Assembly: GCA_965637545.1 (NCBI GenBank)
Contig: OZ281500.1
Coordinates: 9,486,001-9,550,000, forward strand
DNA: 64,000 nucleotides
Direction: 5' to 3'
Origin: Phallusia mammillata
Taxonomy: Eukaryota
Under the pieces are notes generated by a model. The model made no database searches, had not been told where the DNA came from, and saw only the letters and a program-made list of their open reading frames with translations. The position numbers and the translations under genes were made by a program. Below are positions 13,613-24,480 of the stretch, piece after piece. The stretch's first letter is position 1, and each line of letters starts with the position of its first letter.

Positions 13613-14343
13613 AAACATTTCACCCCTTTTAGTCTTGCGTAAACGCGTTTTTACATAAGACTTTAACAAACAAGCATCCCTGGTGCACGAAAAACCGAAA
13701 AACCATAATAAAAAGAGCAAAAACTTGATGTTGTGTTTTCAGTGTACAAAGGAACACTTGGTGTTTACATGCACTCGTATGATGATTTTTGTTTAATTTT
13801 TTGATGTACCTGTATAAGTATAAATCTGCTGTGACTTGTTAATTGACAAAAAGCGGCCTGAAATGAACTGAAACTTTACCTATAAGTTACCAAAATATAT
13901 TACTTGTGATGTGATGTTGTATTCTGTCAACGAAACCCGCACCTTCTTGCGCTTAATTTCTGTGAAAATTTTCCGTTCGTTTTATTTTTGGTTGCTATAA
14001 AAGTAAATTTGAGTTCAAACGTCGTTTTGTTTGTAGGTGTTCAAAATTGTAAAGTAGCATTATAAATGTTAGTATGTTTACTGTAATTCAAGTAATACCC
14101 GTCTACATTTTTTGCAAATTATTTGCAACAACAAAAAAACAAACATTTAGAACATTTAGAACGAACGCTTTTCTGCGATAATTAAACCATTTCACGTGCA
14201 TTTCAACCCGACGATGTGCACCCTTGTGACTGATGTAGCAATTGAGGGGCTTTTTAACCAGTTTACTGAAATGAAATCAAAATGTTGAGCTGGAAGTCGG
14301 TAAATGTTAATTGATACGAAATGGTTTTTACATAGTGGTACGC

Positions 14344-14488
14344 AGGTTTTTTTAAGGTTTGGTTTGGGTGACCGCTAAGTAGTTTTAAGAGACCGCAAGT
14401 GTTTCATTTAAATACCAAAAAATAGCCATATTTGCTTAAATAGCCATTTTGGGAAACCGCTGGAGAAATTTGGGGGACCGTTTCGGTG
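14344..14488 (+). repeat. Dispersed ~145-bp repeat, copy 1 (transposon-end-like)
   Basis: Near-identical reverse complement at 40059-40200 (ggtttttttaaggtttggtttgggtga...gggggaccgtttcggtg). Confidence 0.85.
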
Positions 14489-15386
14489 TTGCACCCAGGT
14501 TGAATATTAGGTCATGTTCAGTAGGATTTAAACTTGAGGTTTTGCAGCAAGATTCAATTATGCTCGGGTTACTTAATGTTGGAAACGGCAGTTCTCATCT
14601 TTGTTCTGCATGTTCAGATTACACTTGATTGATTGATTGATTGTAGAGTATGTTAAATCACATCCGTCATTACCCACGTCAATGCACAGCTGCACAAGCT
14701 CTTCACTTGCATCACTTAGCATGTTGTGCTTTCACAATCGACATGCTACAATAACTGATCGTCGATCATAATCCGAATAACCGGAATGTTTGTATCAGTT
14801 GCCTAGCTGCAAGTGAGGCTGAGCGGACAAAAGTGGAAGGAGAATTTATCAATGACGGATGCTTGTGCAAACAGGTTCACCAACAAACAAGAAATTTCCA
14901 GGTGTGATTCGCTTTGGTGTTGTGTTACTTTGGCTTAAGGGCGTGGTTAATAACATTCAACGACGTAGAGAGGGTCATGGTATTGCAAAGTGACTAGGAC
15001 ATCTGGTGGCTAGTTGTTGGAACAAAAATTTGCTGTTTGACAAGCAAACGAATTCTATCATTTTTCTTTGAATTGCAAATACAAATCAATTTCTTAAATT
15101 AAAAATGCAATCTATATTGTTCCATATGCATGTGTACGATTTGATATGTGTCACTACATTAAAATGAACTTTGTTTGCCTAACTAGCAATAAATAAGTTT
15201 AGCATACAAATAATCAGTGGATGCAAATTTTTTATGAAGCTGGTCAACAATTTGCATCTAATATTTTAATAGATGCATCAACGTAATGGTGTGGCATGGA
15301 ATGTATATGTATGATAATACTTGTATATAAACTTTAACAACTCACTTATTTTTTATTGTGAATCTCCAAGGGTTATCAGAGTTTTT

Positions 15387-15700
15387 CCGCAAAATTGCTG
15401 AATGGTTAGCGCAGCAGCTTTTTGCGCACAATGTGATCGACTCTAATCTCGGCTCGGTCAGTTAATTGTGCTTCCGTAAGCAAGAACCTCAAGTGGGGAA
15501 TCTAATGTTGAACTACATTTGAAGTGTCAAACTAACTTTAATTAAAAAACAAAAAATGACTCTACGGACCAGCGGGAAGACAAATGAATTAAACAAGTCG
15601 GTCCGGGTTAGCGTTTTATGTTGAATAAAATGTGCTTACGTTGGACCTGCTTTGCAAATCGACCGATGTCATCACGGGTAATCTAACTTTCGGGTTTAAT
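15387..15700 (+). mobile_element. Degenerate tRNA-derived SINE-like element
   Basis: A-box-like ttgctgaatggttagcgc, a weak B-box-like segment, a following segment resembling SINE central regions, and an A/T-rich tail. It is a single copy in this window. Confidence 0.3.
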
Positions 15701-16131
15701 TTAGGGTTTATTTAAAAAAAACATGTCAAATTTGGGTCGGTTTGGGCTTATAGTTTCGTCTTTTGGTTCCAATATTTTGTCTGCGCGGTAAACTATTTTG
15801 TTTATTTTGGGTTTGTGTTAAATCACTGACTTTAACACGAAGATTATACTGCAGAATCTGTCTACTTCTTATTTTTTTTCTAATTGCTAACCACACGGAA
15901 ACAATATATGCTTGCAAACAAAACATGTATTCGGCATACAAAGTCAGGCCTGAGCAAAGACAACGACAAAGCGAGCGCACAAGAGTAATAACGAGACACA
16001 AATAACATCAGAGGATTTTCATATACAACCACACGTAAAAATGTAAGCAGCCAACATAAAATAATCTACTTAATAAACGAAAATATCAGGAACTCGGGTT
16101 GGCAGAATGGAATGCTGGTTTCGAGGTAGAT

Positions 16132-17221
16132 TTATGCAGCCTCTCTGAGCAATTGCTCGGCATCTATAAATAAAACAAACGACAGTGTTAAATTATTCAA
16201 TTAAATGCCTTTCTCCAAATGTTGTGCTATAACACAAAATACTTACTGATGCTGCTGGTTCTGGTGTAAGTGTAAGCGGTGCGAGCAGGTGGGGTGAGCA
16301 TGCACATGAACATGTCATCAGAGAAAACGCACTTGTTCACCTTCTTGCTGAACTCATGGAGCAACTCCTTCACCAACTTGGTGGTAACTTCAACGATGTT
16401 CTTCAAATGGCTAAACATTTCGTTGATCTTGCTCTCCTGGGCCTTGTTCACGGCGACAACCATTTTGATCTTGGATTCTTGGTCGTCATTTACCTTCTTA
16501 ACGGAGACGATGTCCTTGTCCTGTGCAGCGTTCTTCAGGTTGATGGCGGAGATTGCGCGGTCTTGGGAGGCATCCTTGTTTTTCAGGTCGGAGATAGCGC
16601 CATCTTGTCTCGAGTTGACGGATTGCAAGTCGCTGATGCTTCTATCCTGAGCTGCGTTTGTGTCACGAAGTTTGCCCAAGTCGGAATTCTGGGCGTTGTT
16701 TACGCTGTCGATGGATCCCATGCGAGAATCCTGCTTGGAATTATGACTTCTCAAGTTGCTAAGATGACGATCTTGTTCGGCGTTTTTGTTGTTAATGCCA
16801 TTGACGGATGCCTGGAGGGATTCCAACTCTTTTCTAAGAGCGGCGTTCTTGTTTCTCAGATCTCCCATCTGGCTGTTCAAACGGATGTTAACGTAATTTT
16901 GGGCCTTCATGTGAGCTTCCATCTTCTTGGTGCTTGCATCGAAGTTTCGCACCATACCATAAACGGCGCAAGCCTTTCTGTTGATGGCGTAAACGTAGTT
17001 GTAAACGGAGTTGATTCTGGAGTCGCGGTAACTGAAGGCACGACTGACATCACGCTTGTAGCCGTCAAAAGTGCTGCAACGCTGAAAAAACAATTAAATG
17101 TCATTGCATTAAACACATTTGAGATACTATTGCCACAACTTACCACAAGCCAAGCATTGGATGACTCAGGGAGAATCACCATTGCGGCGAAAACGATAGC
17201 AACAACCGAAACAAACTTCAT
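16132..17221 (-). CDS. Secreted coiled-coil protein, paralog A (3 coding exons); family unrecognised
   Basis: Exon 1 17221-17144 encodes signal peptide MKFVSVVAIVFAAMVILPESSNAWLV|gtaagt. Exon 2 17081-16247 encodes RCSTFDGYKRD..., the 14-aa NxxQD repeats and KCVFSDDMFMCML. Exon 3 16163-16132 encodes (N)AEQLLREAA*. Confidence 0.88.
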
Positions 17222-18308
17222 TTTTAGCTTTATTTCTATTTTACTGCAAGAAAATATAACAACGGTTACAACCGCAAATGAATATTTTTTAGATTCTTTG
17301 TATTTTATTAATAGTATTCGTATCATGGAGCTATCCAGCCAAACTGATAACTGAATTACTCCTGGACATGCTCCCGTATTTAACCACAAACTGCAACATG
17401 ATTAGCTTTGAAATGTAACTAAGTTAAAACAACTGTATGATTGTGTTTGTACAAGCATGAGTACTTCCTAACGCAATGGATTCGCCAAAACAGGTTCAGC
17501 ATTATTATGAGAATTCACGTCATAAACCCTTGTTTTTCGGGCCTAATGGTCATTCAAACTTCCGTACGTAAGTTTAACCACTTAAGCTTTTGCATGATTG
17601 CAATGCTAAGTGCCCTTACATTGAAGCTTCCTGTGCTATTATAACAACTCAAAAGTTCACTGGTGGAGAGAAAAATTGCTTTTTTTTCCAAAAATACAGA
17701 ATTTTTCGGAATAACACTAGAATATTTTGTGTTAGAATTATCATTATTAATATTGACAAAGAGTTGTGTTAAATTTATTTGAACACATGCTTTTGTTTAA
17801 AGCTTTTAGGGGTAGGTGTGTTTGTCAAAGCCTTTTCTCATTTGGTGGTTGTTGGCATAGAAAAGTACTTAAATACGTCATCACACACCTGCAAACATGC
17901 ATTAAGTGCTCTGGTGAACGTGAGTGATAGTTTGCGTTTGCTTTTGTGCAATTTATTAAAATAACCACCTGACGGCAATGTTACTCTTTTCAAACAGCTC
18001 TGCAAATTTTCCATGCCTGGTGCAAATAAAAAAATTGAAAATTTCCAAAACCTGGTGCAGCTGAAAGGGAGGCTGGAGCTCAAAAATATGCAACTATGGA
18101 TGCAACTTATGTAATTAGCGAAAAAGCCTGAGCAAAGACAGCAACAAAACGAGTACGCACAAAAAACAGCAATACACAGGGAATCAGAGGATTTTTTAAC
18201 CACATGTAAAAATATGCGAACATCAAATATTTCTACAAACTATAACTACAACCAAAAAATAAAGTTTCAAGTTCAGATTCAGAGTCGTTGGGAAGCCGTA
18301 GGAATAAT

Positions 18309-19693
18309 TTACTCACTTGCTCGGGCAAGCAATTGCAGGGCACCTAAAAATAAAACAAATTTGTTAAAAAAATGAAAAACATCTTTGGACACGTGTGTTA
18401 ACATGGCGTAACAAACACAACGCCAAAATTGTTTTTTATTGGAATTTACTTACTGAGGGTGCTAGCTCTTGTGTATGTGTAGACAGGACGAGGCGGTGGT
18501 GTCAGCATGCACATGAACATGTTCTCGGAAAACACGCACTTGTTCACCTTGTCAGTAAACTCTTGAAGCAATTGCCTTACCAGAGTGGGAATAGACTCGG
18601 CAAGAACCTTCAACTGGTTAAATGCTTGTGTCATCGAGGTGTCTTGTGCTTGATTCACTGCAACGATATCTCGGATTCTCGCCTCGTGGTCATCATCAAC
18701 CTTCCTCACGTCGCTGATGTCGTTGTCTTGTGCCGCGTTCTTGGCGTTTATGCCGGAGATTACGTTGTCCTGGGAAGCATCCTTGCTAACAAGGTTGGAA
18801 ATATCACCGCCTTGTCTGGTGTTGACAGATTTCAAGTCGTTAATGCTGTTGTCCTGCGCAGCGTTAACTGAGCGAAGTTGGGCCAATTCCGAGTTCTGTG
18901 CGTTATTAACACCATCGATTGCATTCATGCGGGAGTCTTGGGCACTGTTGTGATTCTTTACCGTTCCAATTTGGTTGTCCTGGGCGGCGTTCTTGCTGTT
19001 GATCGAGTTGAAAGCTGACAACAGGTTTGCCAACTCATTCCTCAAACCCGCGTTCTTGTTGCTCAGATCCTTAATTTGACTGTTCAATTTCGAATTTACG
19101 TTGTTCTGACTGTTAATGAAGTTCTGCATGATTGTGGTGCTGGTACTGAGGGTTTTTACCTTGTTGTAAACGGCGCATGCTTTTCTGTTGACAGCAGATG
19201 CGTAGCTCTGGATGGCGGCGATTTTTATGTCACGGTAGTGGAAGGAATTACTGACGACCCTTTTGTAGCTGTCGAAGGTGCTGCAACGCTAAAAACACAA
19301 ATTTGTGGTAACGCATAATCTTGGTTTTTGTTTGTTGGTAAATCTTATATTTGAAAATCATATAAACAAAACACAACCACGTAAGTGTCTGTAGATTAAT
19401 GAGTTTAGTAAAAATTGCTAATGAGATTCGGAATAATTGTAAACTGTAAGGTGATATTTTATACTTTTAAAGTTTTCTTGTAACTATGTTTTTTATGACT
19501 TTTTTTTAAATCCCTAAAAATATAAGCTATATCTACGTTAAAAATACATAATAATTTATTGTAAATTTATGCTCTATAATTTGAAAGGATCCTAATTTAC
19601 TGTAATACATACCACAGCAAGCCAAGCATTTGACGATTCAGGAAGAATCACCATTGCGGCGAAAGCAACAACGACTATGGAAAAAACTTTCAT
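18309..19693 (-). CDS. Secreted coiled-coil protein, paralog B (3 coding exons)
   Basis: Exon 1 19693-19613 MKVFSIVVVAFAAMVILPESSNAWLAV|gtatgt. Exon 2 19288-18454 is 835 nt, the same length as in A. Exon 3 18343-18309 encodes (S)ALQLLARASE*. Confidence 0.88.
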
Positions 19694-20332
19694 GTTTTTG
19701 TTTAATTTCTATTATCCTAAAAAACAAAACAGGTCAATGCACATCGCTTGTTACAATTTGATCAATTTCATAACTCAATGCACACTTTAGCTAACTACCA
19801 CATACCGTTTACGGCAATTTCAAACTGATGTGTAACCCCAAAACCAAGTCCTATTTATTTTATACATCTACAGTGTAAAAGAAGGATTGTCATAACACAC
19901 GATAAACTGTAAATTTAATACGCTCTATTAGGATCCTTGCGTTGGTTTGAAGTAGTGATTACAGTTGTGTACTGCACCCTTGCCGTTCTCGATTGTTAGC
20001 AACCACCTAACACCGGATAATGACGATTACGTGGAATGCAGCAAGCAAAAACAACAGCTTAAAAATAGAACCACAAAAACACCGTGTTTGTTCAGACAGA
20101 AAACAATAACTTATAGCACAGCAAAATAAATATGCATTTGTAAAAATTCTCTACGCACTGAACAGGAGTTAAACTATCTGAAATGGTATTTTAAAAAAGA
20201 TTATTCATTCAATTTTCGGGCCAAAACAACAAGTTGCCTAGCTTTTCTCTTTTGGATTATGTTTGCGCTAAAACCACACCATTTTCCGTCAACGGGAAAC
20301 CTTATCCATGCAATAAGTGCACTTGCAATCGT

Positions 20333-20547
20333 CAGTGGCTCTTCACATGGATTTTTTAAGCAGGAAATCGATCGTTCTGGAGATCATTGTCACAACACAC
20401 ATGCATAAGTGTTTTTTGAACTTGTTCACGCTCTTGTGGATCACTGTCATTACTTACATAAAAGCAAAATAAAGAGAACACGCCCCTTCCGTAGCAAAGA
20501 AAAAAGAGTTGACAAATAAATCGGATTGCAAGTGCAGTAAACATGCA
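20333..20547 (+). promoter_or_regulatory. Conserved upstream block of paralog C, shared with paralog D (22713-22941)
   Basis: Colinear conserved motifs upstream of both genes: cagtggctcttcac, aagcaggaaat, catgcataag, acgcccc, gtagcaaagaaaaa, ataaatcgg, acatgca. Confidence 0.6.
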
Positions 20548-20738
20548 TTAGAACGCTGCAAAGCTCTGTTGATATGTATTTAAATGTTCCATTTTTGTCT
20601 AATCTAAGATATGCCACCAATGAATATATAGACACGAAAGTGGTTCGTAACGGGTATTAAATTTTTTTGATAAAATGTTTGTTTGCAGTTACAAAATAAA
20701 AACAATTTATGTTTTTGGAACAGTAACTAAGCAAAAAC

Positions 20739-21748
20739 ATGAAGTTTATTTCTGTTGTGTTGGTTGTGCTCGCTGCATCAATGGTTCTGCCAGAAGCTTC
20801 TGGGTTCTTGCTGGTAAGTTGATTTCGTTTTTGTTAGACCCTACTACACATAATCAATCTTCTTTCTTTTATAACCGGAAAATTCAATGTTGTGTAACGA
20901 CTAAAAAATTACAGGGCATGGTAAAATGTTTTTTTTTTCTTTTTCAGCGTTGCAACACTTTTGACAATTACAGAGGCGACGTGAGCCGCGCTTTCACTTA
21001 CCGCGACGTTAAGATCTACGCAATGCAGAATTATGTTGCCGCTGTTGATAGAAAAATCTGCGCTGTTTACAACGTAGTGAAGAGCTTCAACACCGCCCAC
21101 GCCAAGATGCAGGCCTACATAAAGACACAGTCCTCCATCAACGCTCAACTCGCACGTGATATTTCTAACCTCTACAATGAAAATAAGGAGCTTGAAGCGC
21201 TGGTGGCTAGGATCCGAAACGCAGTTGCTGCTGCACAGAAAAAAAACAACGACCAAGATAGCCAGATAAATTCCCTCAAGGCCTATAACTCCAAACAGGA
21301 CTCGCGTCTCGCTGGACAAGAAAATGTCAATGCCGACCAACAGAATCAAATCAGTGCGATTCGAAGTGCTAATTCCGCCCAAGAAAGTCGCTTAAGTGAT
21401 GTTAGAAGTGCTAACAAGAGGCAAGACGACAGTTTCAACATGCTTAGGTCCAAAAATAATGCCCAAGATGGTGCTTTGGACGCCAATATTGCTAAGAACG
21501 CCGAACAAGATAATGCAATCAGTCACGCCAACGATCGCAATGCCGCCCAGAACGCCGCTCTTGAAAAGATCGTGAGTGAAAATGAGGAGCAAGCAAAGAA
21601 GATTAAGACCATCCAGACAACCATTGACAACATGAGGCAGTTTACCACCGATCTTGTCAATAAGATGCTTGATGAGTTCTCCGCTACGATGCACAAGAGT
21701 GTTTTCGCAAAAGATATGTTCCTCGTCATGCTCAACTCCTACATTTAA
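20739..21748 (+). CDS. Secreted coiled-coil protein, paralog C (2 coding exons)
   Basis: Exon 1 20739-20813 MKFISVVLVVLAASMVLPEASGFLL|gtaagt. Exon 2 20948-21748 RCNTFDNYRGD...MFLVMLNSYI*. Confidence 0.9.
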
Positions 21749-22712
21749 ACTGGACCGGAACAGCTTCACTGGATCACCGGATTTGCCAAATTATTTTTCT
21801 ATTTTGCTTCTAGCGTTTGAATCTGCAAAAGCGTTTCACGAAAATAAGCTGGGTGAGGTGGTGGAAAATGTATCGAAAATAAAAGATCGCATGCATCTGT
21901 GCGCAAGCGTTAACCTCGGGAATGGAATCAATCCGTTAAAAAAATAAAACGATTTCAATTGGTAGTCAATAATGGTTGTGCATTTTTAAGTTCAGGTTAT
22001 TTCAAAGTTGACTTTAGCACAACAGCTTTGAATTTACAGTGCAAAACCAGATGCGTTAAACACGTGTTATAGCTAAATCTTTATCCTATAAAATGCGGTA
22101 AGGTCGCACCACAGAAACTCACTGCGTTATTTGCTTTAAAAATCTTTCAGTTATTTTTTGAAAACATGACACGAGTTCAAATCAAGCATATTTTATATAT
22201 ATGCAGGCACTGCTTTGTTTGGGCTCATGTTTAGCAGAAAATTTTGTCAACATATCTAGTATCAAAATAACACGACAAAACTTGTGTAAGTTCATAAAAC
22301 CTCAAAGCGGCACACATACGTATATGTTAAATCAAACTCTGTTATTTTAATCCTTTATTAAACTATCCATTATAATTATTTGCTGCCGTAGCCATGCAGT
22401 TCTTGGGTGATACAAACAAGTTTCTTTATTGCAGGAACCGGATAAGGCCACTTTACAAAACGTTGTGTTTATTTAGAACAAAAACTAAACTTACAATGAA
22501 ACAAAGCAAATTCATTTTTGAACAGCACTTTCAAGTACAACAGGAGAAGACATTCCCAAAAGCATTTTTTTCCAAAAAAAAAATAATTCGATTTTTGATC
22601 AAAAACAAACACTTTACCATGCTTTTCTCTTTGGAGGTTTGTTTGTACAAAACCACGCATTGTACGTCAGTGGTAAACCTAACCACAATGCATTAAGAGC
22701 TCTTGTAAGCTT

Positions 22713-22941
22713 CAGTGGCTCTTCACTTGAGTTTGCTAAGCAGGAAATGAAATTAGTTGTTTTTTGTACTGGTACGTTGGCATAACACTCATGCATAAGC
22801 GTTCTAGCAACTTGCTTTTCACGCACTTGTGCAACACTGTCGTCAATGAAATGAAAACAAAGCCAAACGAATACGCCCCTATTGTAGCAAAGAAAAAGGG
22901 AAATGAAGCATAAATCGGTTGGTCAGTGCGTTGGACATGCA
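22713..22941 (+). promoter_or_regulatory. Conserved upstream block of paralog D
   Basis: Same ordered motifs as 20333-20547. Confidence 0.6.
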
Positions 22942-23135
22942 CTAGGAGGGCAGAAAGCCCGCTAGTAGCGTTGACATATTTTATTTCGTTTAACATATAA
23001 GTGAGCAATAAACATTAATATGAATGTGGTCCAACCGAATTTTGTATTTTTATTGATAAAAATTTCTGTTGCACAGATTTGTGCCTAAGTAAAACAAAAC
23101 TGTTTTCTGTTCAGAAAAGAAACTAAGCAAGAAAC

Positions 23136-24182
23136 ATGAAGTTGATTTCTGTTGTGGCGTTTGTGCTGGCTGCATCAATGATTCTGCCGGAAGCCTCCGG
23201 GTACTACTTGGTAAGTTGATTTTCGTTTCATTTATTGGACTGCATATACCATCCATTTTCTCACGTTTTTTTCTGACAATCGCTGGTATGTGTTTATGCG
23301 TTAGTTGACAAATTACAAACCATGCATCGATAATAGGGGAAACCATTTTTAACAAGGTCACTTAACGTTTATTACTTTCAGCGTTGCAGCACTTTTGACG
23401 GTTACAAACGCGATGTGAGCCGTGCCTTCAGTTACCGCGACTCGAGAATCAACTCAATGAATAGTTACGCTGCAGCCATCAACAGGAAAGTTTGCGCTGT
23501 CTACACCATTGTGAGAAACTTCAACAGCGCCCACGTCAAGATGGAGGCCGCAATCAAAAAGCAGTCCTCCATCAACGCTCAACTTGCACGTGACATTTCT
23601 TACCTTTACAATGAAAACAAGGAGCTTGAAGCGCTGGTGGCTAAGATCCGCATCGGAGTTGCTTCTGCACAGAAAAAGAACAACGACCAAGATGCCCAAA
23701 TAAATTCTCTCAAGTCTCACAACTCCAAGCAGGACTCGCGTCTCGCTGGACAAGAAAATGTCAATGCCGACCAACAGAATCAAATCAGTTCTATTCGAAG
23801 TGTCAATTCCGCCCAAGAAAGTCGCTTAAGTGATGTTAGAAGTGTTAACAAGAGGCAAGACGACAGTTTCAATATGCTTAGATCCAAAAATAATGCCCAA
23901 GATGGTGCTTTGGATGCCAATATTGCTAGAAATGCCGAACAGGATAAGGCCATCAACCACGCCAACAATCGCAATGCCGCCCAGAACGCTGCTCTTGAAA
24001 AGATCGTGAGTGAAAATGAGGAGCAAGCAAAGAAGATTAAGACCATCCAGACAACCATTGACAACATGAGGCAACTGACCATCAATCTTGTCAACAAGTT
24101 GCTTGCTGAGTTCTCCTCTACGATGCACAAGAGTGTTTTTGCAAAAGATATGTTCCTCGTTATGCTCAACTCCTACATTTAA
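23136..24182 (+). CDS. Secreted coiled-coil protein, paralog D (2 coding exons)
   Basis: Exon 1 23136-23210 MKLISVVAFVLAASMILPEASGYYL|gtaagt. Exon 2 23382-24182 RCSTFDGYKRD...MFLVMLNSYI*. Confidence 0.9.
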
Positions 24183-24464
24183 ACTGGACCGGAACAGCTT
24201 CACTGGATCACCGGATTTGCCAAATTATTTTTCATTTTTGCCTCTAGCGGTTAAATAACAACAGAGTTTAATGGGAAAACTAGGGTGTGGTGGCGGAAAG
24301 TGTGTCGATAATAAAAGCGCAAATATATCTGTGCACAAGCGTTAGCCTAAGGAATGTAACCTTCAGACTTCGAAATAAATACAAACCTGCCAAATCGCTG
24401 TCAACGTGTGTGTATTTTTGTGAGATTTCAGAGGGTGACTTAAAGTCCTAAACAACCACATAAT

Positions 24465-24480
24465 CCACTAGATGGCGCTA
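24465..24480 (+). promoter_or_regulatory. CTCF-motif-like site
   Basis: ccactagatggcgcta matches the core CTCF consensus CCASYAGRKGGCRS. It lies about 280 bp past the stop of paralog D. This is a motif match only. Confidence 0.4.

Noticed and set aside
20675-20947. N-terminal extension of the 357-aa ORF-track protein
   Set aside because: It is read-through across intron 1 and upstream sequence. The spliced signal-peptide exon 20739-20813 matches the three paralogs.
20802-20956. Paralog C junction reads GFLLRCN, resembling the PAR1 tethered ligand SFLLRN
   Set aside because: The match is short and not shared by the paralogs (WLVRC, LAVRC, YYLRC), so it is most likely coincidence.
16279-24203. 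Long opposite-strand ORFs over the coiled-coil genes (for example 16356-17354 + 332 aa and 21392-21769 -)
   Set aside because: They are by-products of the sense codon usage. They have no signal or splice logic of their own and are not conserved in extent among paralogs.
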